Part shown: positions 36,014 through 44,354 of the stretch, piece by piece
Position numbering within the stretch: the first letter of the stretch is position 1
Layout: the number at the start of each line of letters is the position of its first letter
Assembly: GCA_963702105.1 (NCBI GenBank)
Contig: OY969712.1
Span: 5,309,378 to 5,373,377, forward strand
Direction: 5' to 3'
Length of the DNA stretch: 64,000 bases
Source: an uncultured Gammaproteobacteria bacterium
GTDB lineage: Bacteria; Pseudomonadota; Gammaproteobacteria; Steroidobacterales; Rariloculaceae
Position numbers and translations under genes: made by a program
Notes under the pieces: model-generated
Told to the model about the DNA's origin: nothing
The model's input: only the letters and a program-made list of their open reading frames with translations
Database searches by the model: none

Positions 36014-38089
36014 ATGCGCCGCCCGCAGCGGTCCTTCATTTCGACGCTGATCGTCCTCGCCGCGGGCCTCACGGCCGCCGCCGCCTTCGCCGACGAAGGC
36101 ATGTGGACGTTCGACGCCTTTCCCGCCGCCGCCGTCAAGCAAGCCTATGGCGTGACCATCGATTCGGACTGGCTCGACAAGGTCCGGGGCGCCACGCTGC
36201 GTCTCTCATCCGGCTGTTCGGCCTCGATTGTCAGCGGCAACGGCCTCGTCCTGACCAACAATCACTGCGTGCGCGACTGCGCCCAGAACCTTTCCTCGGG
36301 CGAGCACGACTACGTCGAGCAGGGCTTCGCGGCAGCCGACGACGGCGGCGAGCGCCTGTGTCCCGGCATGCAGGCGGAAAGACTGGTCGCGATCACCGAC
36401 GTGACGAGCGCGGTGACGGCCGCCGCGGCCGGCAAGAGCGGCCGCGAGTTCGTCAAAGCGCGCGACGCCGAAATCGCCGCGATCGAGTCGCGAGGCTGTC
36501 GGGACAGCGAGTCCGAGTTCCGTTGTCAGGTCGTCACGCTTTACCACGGCGGCCGCTATGCCCTGTACCGTTACCGCAAATACTCGGACGTGCGGCTCGT
36601 GTTCGCGCCGGAGGTCCAGACGGCGTTCTTCGGCGGCGACCCCGATAACTTCAACTTCCCCCGGTACGACCTCGACTTCGCGTTCGTCCGCCTCTACGAG
36701 GACGGGCGGCCCGTTGCGACGCCGGACCATCTGCGCTGGAGCACGAGTCCTCCGCGCGACGGCGAGCCCGTGTTCGTCGTCGGCAATCCCGGCAGGACGC
36801 AAAGACTGCTGACCGCGACGCAGCTCGAGTCGTTGCGCGACCTGAGCCTGCCCGACTCGCTGCTGTTGCTCTCCGAGGTCCGGGGGCGCCTCGTTCGCTT
36901 CTCGGAGGAGAGCGCCGAGCACGCGCGCATCGCGGCCGACGAGCTGTTCTTCACGGAGAATTCCTTCAAGCGCGACCGCGGCATGGAAATGGCGTTGCGC
37001 GATCCGCGGCTCATCGGCCGCAAGCGCGAGGCGGACGCTGCCCTCGAATCCGCCGCCGCGCGCGACCCGGCGCTGGCCGAGACGGTGGGCGATCCCTGGT
37101 CCGAGATCGACACCGCCGAGACGGCGCGCAAGGCGCTGTACGAGCCTTATCTCTTCCTCGAATCCGACGCGGGCGCGGGGTCCGATCTTTTCTCGTACGC
37201 GCGCAACATCGTCCGCGCGGCCGAGGAGCGGGCGAAACCCAACGGCGAGCGTTTGCCGGAGTACACGGACAGCCGCCTGCCGCTGCTCGAGAAGCGCGTG
37301 CTCGATGCGAAGCCCGTGTACCCCGCGCTCGAGCAGCAACTGCTCGAATTCTGGCTCTCGAAGCTGCGTGAGTACTTGACGGCGGATTCTCCGGCGACGA
37401 AGGCTTTCCTCGGCGCGGACTCCCCGGAGCACCTGGCCGCGGGGCTGGCGCAGTCGAAGCTCGGGGACGCGGCGCTGCGCCGCCGCCTCTGGGAAGGCGG
37501 CGTCGCAGCCGTCAAGGCTTCCGAGGACCCGATGATTCGCTTCGTGCTCGCGACCGACGAGGCCTCGCGGGCCATCCGCAAGCGGTACGAGGCCGAGGTC
37601 GAGGGCCCGATCGACCGCGCGGCCGAGCGCATCGCCAAGGCCCGGTTCGCCGTTTATGGGACTAGCGTGTATCCGGACGCGACGTTCACGCCGCGCATCT
37701 CGTACGGCAAGATCGCGGGCTGGACCGACAACGGCGTCACCGTGCCGCCGTTCACGCATTTCGCGGGGCTGTGGCGCCGGGCGACGGGGAAGCCGCCCTT
37801 CGACCTGACGCCAAAGTGGTCCGCGGCACGCGGCGCCGTGGACGACTCGACCGTGTTCGATATGGTCAGCGACAACGATATCGTCGGCGGCAATTCGGGA
37901 TCGCCGCTCATCGACGCGCAGCGGGACGTCGTGGGGGCCATCTTCGACGGCAATATCGAAAGCCTCGGCGGCGCCTTCGGCTTCGACCCGGCCGTCAACC
38001 GCGCCGTCTCCGTCTCGTCGGCGGCCATCACCGAAGCGCTGCGCGAGGTCTATCGGCAGGATGCGCTGCTCGAGGAATTGACGAGGTAG
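36014..38089 (+). CDS. Peptidase S46 family dipeptidyl-peptidase (DPP7/DPP11-like), secreted
   Basis: 691-aa ORF. Signal peptide followed by the hallmark DEGMW. Motifs VLTNNHCV (His), and catalytic Ser in VGGNSGSPLID. Confidence 0.9.
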   Translation: MRRPQRSFISTLIVLAAGLTAAAAFADEGMWTFDAFPAAAVKQAYGVTIDSDWLDKVRGATLRLSSGCSASIVSGNGLVLTNNHCVRDCAQNLSSGEHDYVEQGFAAADDGGERLCPGMQAERLVAITDVTSAVTAAAAGKSGREFVKARDAEIAAIESRGCRDSESEFRCQVVTLYHGGRYALYRYRKYSDVRLVFAPEVQTAFFGGDPDNFNFPRYDLDFAFVRLYEDGRPVATPDHLRWSTSPPRDGEPVFVVGNPGRTQRLLTATQLESLRDLSLPDSLLLLSEVRGRLVRFSEESAEHARIAADELFFTENSFKRDRGMEMALRDPRLIGRKREADAALESAAARDPALAETVGDPWSEIDTAETARKALYEPYLFLESDAGAGSDLFSYARNIVRAAEERAKPNGERLPEYTDSRLPLLEKRVLDAKPVYPALEQQLLEFWLSKLREYLTADSPATKAFLGADSPEHLAAGLAQSKLGDAALRRRLWEGGVAAVKASEDPMIRFVLATDEASRAIRKRYEAEVEGPIDRAAERIAKARFAVYGTSVYPDATFTPRISYGKIAGWTDNGVTVPPFTHFAGLWRRATGKPPFDLTPKWSAARGAVDDSTVFDMVSDNDIVGGNSGSPLIDAQRDVVGAIFDGNIESLGGAFGFDPAVNRAVSVSSAAITEALREVYRQDALLEELTR

Positions 38090-38879
38090 CCAGGCCGAGC
38101 ACCCGGCGGCTCGCGGGATCCTGCAAAAACGCGACGACTTCGACCCGGTCGAGCTTCCAATCCGCCTCGGCCGGCACCGTGCGTGAATACGCGCGCTCGC
38201 CGGAGCCCGGCTCGATGCGGGCGACGGTTTCGAGGCGGCGGACGACCGCCGGATCTTCGAGCTTTCGGCCGGCGTTCTCGCCTCGCTCGACGGCCGTAGA
38301 CAGCCCGTCCTCGACGACGGCGACGAGCAGGTCGGCCGGCTGCTTCAGGACGGGCGACTCGGGCACCTCGACGTGCACGGCCAGGCCGTGGCCGCTGCGC
38401 CGGGCCTCGAGGCGCAGCGGCGCCTTGGGCGCGCGTGCGGCCCGGACGACCGCGCTCCGCAGCGCGGCCGCGTCGCTGCCTACGGCCTCGATGGAGCCGT
38501 CCACGACGGCCTGAGGCGTGTAGACGGCGCTGCTCGGAAACGCCTCGGCACGGTAGCGGACCTGACGGTCCGAGTAGCGGCTCGAGGAAAATCGATCGCG
38601 CCAACCGAGGTAATTCCAATAGTCCACGTGCTCGCCGAGCCCGACGACCCGCACGCCGGGAATCGGCTGCTCGGCGACGAGCGACTTCATGAGCTCGTCG
38701 GCCGGCGGGCAGCTCGAGCAGCCTTCCGAAGTGAACAACTCGACGAGGACCGGTGTCGGAGCTTTCGCTTCGGAGCCCGCGGCGCCGGCGGCGCTGGTTG
38801 AAAGAGGCAGCGCGAGCACCGCGCCGGCGAGTGCGGCGGTCATGCGCGCGAGAAACTCGGCCGGGTCGCGGCGTTGCAT
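38028..38879 (-). CDS. DUF1223 family thioredoxin-like secreted protein
   Basis: Hallmark VELFTSEGCSSCPPAD, then DYWNYLGWRD and PQAVVDG. Alternative start ATG 38843. The 3' tail overlaps the convergent S46 gene by 62 nt. Confidence 0.85.
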   Translation of the reverse strand: MQRRDPAEFLARMTAALAGAVLALPLSTSAAGAAGSEAKAPTPVLVELFTSEGCSSCPPADELMKSLVAEQPIPGVRVVGLGEHVDYWNYLGWRDRFSSSRYSDRQVRYRAEAFPSSAVYTPQAVVDGSIEAVGSDAAALRSAVVRAARAPKAPLRLEARRSGHGLAVHVEVPESPVLKQPADLLVAVVEDGLSTAVERGENAGRKLEDPAVVRRLETVARIEPGSGERAYSRTVPAEADWKLDRVEVVAFLQDPASRRVLGLATSSIPRAAHPADRPRAALR

Positions 38880-39028
38880 GCTCTCTCTCCGCCTCGAGTC
38901 GGGCTTTCCATACTACGGCAGGGTCCGAACAGCGTTCAAACCGCCGCAGGCCACGGCGCGCAGCGCAGCTTCGTTGCGCGGCACGCCCAGGCGCGCCCGT
39001 GCCCGCGCCCGATTCCACTGCGGTTAGG

Positions 39029-39493
39029 TTAGCGCCGCATTCTAAGTATCGCGCCGCCGAAGAAGCCTTCGACCGTATCGAGGTCGATGATGAGCGGGAC
39101 GCCTTTTCGCTCTTTGTCCAGGCTCCGCTCCACTTCGGGCGAGTGCTCGTAGACGTGCCGGCGGACCGCATCGCTGTTGTCCACGCGGCCGCGGCCGCGA
39201 AACGACATAAAGCCGCGCTGGTCCGGGTTCAGATTGCCGTAGATCAGGGAAATGACCGGCCGCGCCTGAACGGCCTTGAGGATCCCGCTTTCGGGATTGC
39301 GTACCCAGATCGCGAGCTGGTCATCGCTGTAGGCCTGCGTGCTGCCGCGAAAGGAGAGGGCGGGCTCGCCCGCGTCGTTGACGTAGGCAACGCTGATGGG
39401 CCGTCTCTCCGCAGCGGCGGTATCGACGGCCCGCTTCATCTCGGGCGTCAGCTTCAGGTCCGTCAGGACGGGCGGTTGTTGTTGTGCGGTCAT
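39029..39493 (-). CDS. Pyridoxamine 5'-phosphate oxidase-like (FMN/F420 split-barrel) family protein
   Basis: 154-aa ORF. SD ggaggag. Pattern PISVAYVNDAGEPALSFRGS, LAIWVRN and MSFRGRGRV typical of PNPOx-like small proteins. Confidence 0.65.
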   Translation of the reverse strand: MTAQQQPPVLTDLKLTPEMKRAVDTAAAERRPISVAYVNDAGEPALSFRGSTQAYSDDQLAIWVRNPESGILKAVQARPVISLIYGNLNPDQRGFMSFRGRGRVDNSDAVRRHVYEHSPEVERSLDKERKGVPLIIDLDTVEGFFGGAILRMRR

Positions 39494-39744
39494 GGCGTCT
39501 CCTCCTTCCCCGAACGCTCAGTCTAGCAGTTACTCTGCTCCGGCTCGCCGGCCGCAGGCGGCCGGGGCCGTTTTGGGCTCGGGCGTCAGCGCATTGGGCG
39601 GCGGGCCGGCGCCGCCGGAGCGTGCCAGAGGCGTCCGAGGCCGAGTTTTTCGACGCGGGAGATGCACTTACACGGGAACTTCGTATATCCTGCGGCCGTT
39701 TTGTGCTCCAGGGATCTCGGAGATGCTTCGCCTAGGTCAAACCA

Positions 39745-41022
39745 GTGAATTCCCCCAGGCCTGACTTGATGGATCTCGCACCGCTACCCGAATCCGACGA
39801 TTCGGAGCATGCCGGCAGCGCCGCGCTGCCGAAACCGAGCATCTTCGACAAGTGCGATGCGTACACCCGGGCCGACGAGACGAAGGCCAAGGGCATCTAT
39901 CCCTATTTCCGGCTCATCGAGACGGGGCAAGATACCGAGGTCACGGTAGACGGCCGCAAGATGCTCATGCTCGGCTCCAACTCCTATCTGGAGCTCACGA
40001 CGCATCCGAAGGTCAAAGAGCGCGCCGTCGAAGCCGTGCTCCAATTCGGCACCGGCTGCGCGGGCTCCCGGTTCCTCAACGGCACGCTGCCGCTCCATGT
40101 GGAGCTCGAGAAGCGCCTCGCCGAGTTCGTGGGTAAGCCCGCCGCGCTGCTGTACACCACGGGCTACCAGACGAACACGGGGGTCATCTCGTGCCTCGTC
40201 CAGCGCGGCGAGTACGTGCTCTCCGACAAGCTGAATCACGCGTGCATCGTGGAAGGCGGGTTGCTCTCGCCCGGCACCATGATCCGGTACGACCATGGCG
40301 ACATGGTCGATCTCGAGCGGCAGCTCGCGGCGCTGCCCGCCGAAGGCGGCAAGCTCATCGTTTCGGACGGCGTGTTTTCGATGGAGGGGAAAATCTGCAA
40401 GCTCCCCGAAATCACTCGGCTTGCACGCAAGTACGGCGCCCAGGTCATGCTGGACGACGCGCATTCGATCGGTGTGCTCGGGCCGGGCGGCGCCGGGACG
40501 GCCGCACACTTCGGCCTCACGGACGAAGTGGACCTGATCATGGGGACGTTTTCGAAGTCGCTGGCCGCGATCGGCGGCTTCATCGCCTCCTCGGAGCGGG
40601 TCATCAATTACCTCAAGCACCATTCCCGCCCTTTTATCTTCTCCGCGTCCGCGGCCCCGGCGAACGTCGCCGCGGCCCTTGCAGCCCTGGACGTCATCCG
40701 CGACGAGCCGGAGCGCATGGAGCGGCTATGGGAGAACACGCGGTTCATGAAGCAGGGGTTGGACGCGCTCGGCTTCGACACGGCCTCCTCCGAAACTCCG
40801 ATCATCCCCATCGTCGTCGGCGATCCCGAGCGCTGCTTCCGCATGTGGCGCTGGTTGCACGATGCAGGCATTTTCGTCAATCCCGTCGTCCCGCCCGCCG
40901 TGCCGCCGCGCCGGTCGCTCGTGCGCCTCTCGCTGACGGCGGGCCATACGCGGCAGCAGCTGAGCTGGGCGCTCGAGCAGCTCGCCGTCGCTGGGCGCGA
41001 GTTCGGGCTCATCGGCCGATAG
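39745..41022 (+). CDS. Alpha-oxoamine synthase, serine palmitoyltransferase-like (Spt-like)
   Basis: 425-aa ORF (GTG 39745 or ATG 39769). Motifs YPYFRLIE, GSRFLNGT (SPT-type rather than BioF/KBL type), DKLNHACIVEG, DDAHSIG, PLP-lysine GTFSKS, RPFIFSASAAP, ERLWENT and VNPVVPPAVPP. Confidence 0.82.
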   Translation: MNSPRPDLMDLAPLPESDDSEHAGSAALPKPSIFDKCDAYTRADETKAKGIYPYFRLIETGQDTEVTVDGRKMLMLGSNSYLELTTHPKVKERAVEAVLQFGTGCAGSRFLNGTLPLHVELEKRLAEFVGKPAALLYTTGYQTNTGVISCLVQRGEYVLSDKLNHACIVEGGLLSPGTMIRYDHGDMVDLERQLAALPAEGGKLIVSDGVFSMEGKICKLPEITRLARKYGAQVMLDDAHSIGVLGPGGAGTAAHFGLTDEVDLIMGTFSKSLAAIGGFIASSERVINYLKHHSRPFIFSASAAPANVAAALAALDVIRDEPERMERLWENTRFMKQGLDALGFDTASSETPIIPIVVGDPERCFRMWRWLHDAGIFVNPVVPPAVPPRRSLVRLSLTAGHTRQQLSWALEQLAVAGREFGLIGR

Positions 41023-41026
41023 GCGC

Positions 41027-42157
41027 ATGGCCGCGGCCGTAACGGTCGAGCCGGCCGATACACCGGCGAAGATCGAGGAATTCATCCGCTTCCCGTTCAC
41101 GCTCTATGCCGACTACCCGCACTGGGTGCCCCCGCTGCTCATGGAGCGGCGCGACTTTTTGAATCCGCGCAAGAATCCCGTCTACGAATACGCGCAGATC
41201 CAGCCGCTCATCGCCCGCCGAGGCGGCGCCGTCGTCGGCACGATCGCGCCGATCGAAAATAGGCGCTACAAGGAGTATCACCCGGGCGAGGCTCACGTCG
41301 GGTTCTTCGGGCTTTACGAATGCTCGCAGGACGCGGAGGCTTCGACGGCGCTGCTCGACGCCGCCGCCGACTGGCTGCGGCGGCGCGGCGCTTCCGTCAT
41401 GCGCGGCCCGACGAATTTCACGACGAACGACGTGCTCGGCCTTCTCGTCGAGGGCTTCGACGACGACCCCTCGCTCCTCATGCCTTACAACCCCCCTTAC
41501 TATGCCGAGCAGTTCGCGGCTTACGGCTTCGGAAAGGCCAAGGACCTGTACGCGCTCGAGGCCAGGGCCGAAGCGTACACGGGCCAACTGGAGCGGCTCG
41601 CAAAAGGCGTGCTCGCCAAGGGCCGCGCCACCGTGCGTCCCGTCTCGCTCTCGCGCTGGCACGAGGAGCTCGCCTTCGTGCGCGAGTGCTATAACCAAGC
41701 CTGGGCGAACAATTGGGGCTTCGTCCCGTGGACGGACCGCGAGCTCGCGGCGCTCGCCAAAGAGCTCAAGCCGCTCATCGATCCACGGCTCGCCTTCGTG
41801 GGCGAGGTGGACGGGCGCGCGGCCGCCATCTCCATCGCCGTCCCGGACGCGAACGAGGCGCTCAAGCTCGCGAACGGCCGCCTGTTTCCGCTCGGGTTGC
41901 TCAAGATCGTCTGGCGCCTCAAGGTCACCCGGTGCAAGCGGATTCGCGTCCTCGCGCTGGGCGTTCTGCCGAAGTACCGCAGGCTCGGCCTGGACGGCCT
42001 GCTCATCCACCGCACCATACAGAGCGGCCTCGCGCTCGGCTATCGGCGGGCCGAGCTGGGTTGGGTTCTCGAGGACAACGAAGCAATGCTGAGGCCGCTC
42101 GAGCACATCGCTGCAGAGCGCACCAAGGTTTATCGGGTTTACGACCGGGCGCTCTAG
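41027..42157 (+). CDS. GNAT-fold N-acyltransferase of unknown specificity (candidate bacterial ceramide synthase-like)
   Basis: 376-aa ORF starting 4 nt after the spt-like stop. C-terminal GNAT motif A region VLALGVLPKYRRLGLDGLLI, then GWVLEDNEAM. Confidence 0.65.
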   Translation: MAAAVTVEPADTPAKIEEFIRFPFTLYADYPHWVPPLLMERRDFLNPRKNPVYEYAQIQPLIARRGGAVVGTIAPIENRRYKEYHPGEAHVGFFGLYECSQDAEASTALLDAAADWLRRRGASVMRGPTNFTTNDVLGLLVEGFDDDPSLLMPYNPPYYAEQFAAYGFGKAKDLYALEARAEAYTGQLERLAKGVLAKGRATVRPVSLSRWHEELAFVRECYNQAWANNWGFVPWTDRELAALAKELKPLIDPRLAFVGEVDGRAAAISIAVPDANEALKLANGRLFPLGLLKIVWRLKVTRCKRIRVLALGVLPKYRRLGLDGLLIHRTIQSGLALGYRRAELGWVLEDNEAMLRPLEHIAAERTKVYRVYDRAL

Positions 42158-42161
42158 AGCC

Positions 42162-43142
42162 ATGTTGGCGCTCGTGACCGGCGGTCAGGGCTTCGTGGGC
42201 TCGCATCTGTGCGCGCGCCTCGTCGCCGAAGGGTACCGCGTGCGCGTGCTCGCGCGGCCGTCGAGCCGCCTCGACAACCTCGCGGGCCTCGGTGTCGAGG
42301 TCCTGCGCGGGGACGTGACGCAAGCCGAAGGTCTCGAGGCCGCCTTGGAGGGCTGCGACTTGGTCTTTCACGTTGCGGCCGCGCTCAAGGGTCTGCGCGA
42401 GGAGGCGCTCGTGCGCGTCAACGCCGAGGGCACGCGCAACGTCGCCGCGGCCGCGGCGGCCGCCGCGCCGGGGCCGTCGCGTTTCGTCTATGTCTCGAGC
42501 GTCGCCGCGGCGGGTCCGAGCCCGGGGGGACGCGCGCCGCTGACGGAGGACCTGCCGGCGCGGCCGTTGACGTGGTACGGCCGCAGCAAGCTCGCCGGCG
42601 AGGACGCGGTTCGGTCCACGCCCGGCCTCGAGTGGACCATCGTTCGGCCGCCTATCGTGTTCGGGCCCCGTGAGCGCGACCTGCTCGGCTATTTCCGCAT
42701 CGCGCGGCGCGGCTGGTTGCCGGTCGTCGGCCGTACGGAGCGGTTCTATTCGCTCGTTTACGCCGAAGATCTGGCCGAAGGTCTCGTGCGCGCGGCGGCC
42801 TCGCCCGCGAGCGCCGGGGAGACGTATTTCCTGGCGGGGCCCGAGGTCGTGAGCTGGGCCGAGCTCGGGCGGCTCATCGGCGCCGCGCTCGGCGTAGCCG
42901 GGCGCGTGCTGCGCGTCCCCGAGAGCGCTGCCTCGGCCGCGGGGCGCCTGGCGGATCTCGGGGCCCGCGTCCGGGGCAGGGCCTCGATCTTCAGCCATCA
43001 GAAGGTCATCGAGATGCTTGCGCCGGCATGGGTGTGCAGCCCGGCGAAGGCCGAGCGCGACTTCGGTTGGCGGGCCGCGACGCCGCTCGCGCAGGCGCTC
43101 TCGAAGACGGCGAGCTGGTACCGCGACCATGGGTGGGTTTGA
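42162..43142 (+). CDS. NAD(P)-dependent epimerase/dehydratase-type SDR reductase (candidate CerR-like)
   Basis: 326-aa ORF starting 4 nt after the previous stop. Rossmann motif LVTGGQGFVGSHL. YxxxK-type region YGRSKLAGE. Confidence 0.8.
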   Translation: MLALVTGGQGFVGSHLCARLVAEGYRVRVLARPSSRLDNLAGLGVEVLRGDVTQAEGLEAALEGCDLVFHVAAALKGLREEALVRVNAEGTRNVAAAAAAAAPGPSRFVYVSSVAAAGPSPGGRAPLTEDLPARPLTWYGRSKLAGEDAVRSTPGLEWTIVRPPIVFGPRERDLLGYFRIARRGWLPVVGRTERFYSLVYAEDLAEGLVRAAASPASAGETYFLAGPEVVSWAELGRLIGAALGVAGRVLRVPESAASAAGRLADLGARVRGRASIFSHQKVIEMLAPAWVCSPAKAERDFGWRAATPLAQALSKTASWYRDHGWV

Positions 43143-44124
43143 AGCCGCCCTGCCTTTCGGCTTGAGGCGCCCGCTCGGCGCGCTGCGCCCGCTCGACGCC
43201 CTCGTCCTCGGCTATCTGGCCGCGGCCGTCGTCCCGCTCTCGGTCGGAACGGCCCGCGGCCTGTCGGGTTGCGAGCAGGAGCTGCTTCTCGATCTCTCGG
43301 TGCTCGCCGGGCTCGGGCTGCTTATCGCGGTGTCCAGGACGTTGGGCAATGCCTTACTCGTGCTGCTGCGGCTCGCCTACGTTCCGCTGCTGTTCGCGCC
43401 GCTGTACCGGCAGACCGCGACGATCTGGCCCGTGCTGCATGCGCTCTCATTCGACGGCGCGATCACCCATGCCGAGCAGGTGCTGCTCGGCATGCAGCCG
43501 TCCGCGACGTTCGCCCAGCATGCGCCCTGGCCCTGGTTGTCCGAGCTTTTCTGCCTGGCCTACTTCGTCTATTACTTGTTCCTACCCGCGATGCTGCTCG
43601 TACCGCTGCTGACGCGCGGCTATGCGGCCGCGGAGGAGGCGCTGTTCGCCGCGACGCTCTGTTTCTGCGCGTGCCTCGTGGTGTTCTGGCTGTTCCCGAC
43701 CGTCGGGCCGCTGTACTGGTTCGCTCCGCACGCGGGCCCGGAGCTCTTCCCCGGCTACGTCTTCAACCACGCCGTCTACGCCGTCACGGCCAGGGCCGAG
43801 GTGCCGACGGGCGCGTTCCCGTCTTCGCACGTCGCGGTTGCGGTGCTGCTCACCATGCGTGCACGCCGGATCGCCCCGCGCCTGTTTCCTTTCATGCTCG
43901 CGGTGACGGCGCTCATGTGCTTCGCCGTGGTCTACCTCAAGGAGCACTACGCCCTCGACGTGCCTGCCGGCATTCTCGTCGCGCTGCTCGCCGACCGGAT
44001 CGCCTCCGGCATAGGCTTGGCTAAACAGAGGCCGCGCCGCTTCATGAACGCCGGACCTCTCGACGAGCCGCAGACGCAGCGCCGCTTCGTCTCAAATCGG
44101 GACGAATCCTGCCGCCCTCCGTAA
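43129..44124 (+). CDS. PAP2-superfamily polytopic membrane protein, Aur1/IPC-synthase-like (PAP2_3-like)
   Basis: ATG 43129 overlaps the SDR gene end by 14 nt. Multiple TM helices. Motifs FPSSHVAVAV and LKEHYALDVPAG correspond to the C2 (SxH) and C3 (HYxxDV) phosphatase/phosphotransferase motifs. Confidence 0.7.
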   Translation: MGGFEAALPFGLRRPLGALRPLDALVLGYLAAAVVPLSVGTARGLSGCEQELLLDLSVLAGLGLLIAVSRTLGNALLVLLRLAYVPLLFAPLYRQTATIWPVLHALSFDGAITHAEQVLLGMQPSATFAQHAPWPWLSELFCLAYFVYYLFLPAMLLVPLLTRGYAAAEEALFAATLCFCACLVVFWLFPTVGPLYWFAPHAGPELFPGYVFNHAVYAVTARAEVPTGAFPSSHVAVAVLLTMRARRIAPRLFPFMLAVTALMCFAVVYLKEHYALDVPAGILVALLADRIASGIGLAKQRPRRFMNAGPLDEPQTQRRFVSNRDESCRPP

Positions 44125-44354
44125 GCGTCCCGCTCGCGGATCCGCGTCTCCGCGCTTGCGCGGGAGCGCCGGACCCTGCACCTCGATCGCCCGCCTCGGC
44201 GCCTTGCACTGCCTGCTCGCCGTTCACTACGCGCTGCCGGCGGCAATCGCCGTGCCAGCGCCGGCACCTGGCGCATGCCCGTGGTAGATTGCCCCGGTCC
44301 TCGGCTCCCCGTCTCTCCCTCTCTGCGGCGTCGAGGACCGGAGAGGAGATCCGT

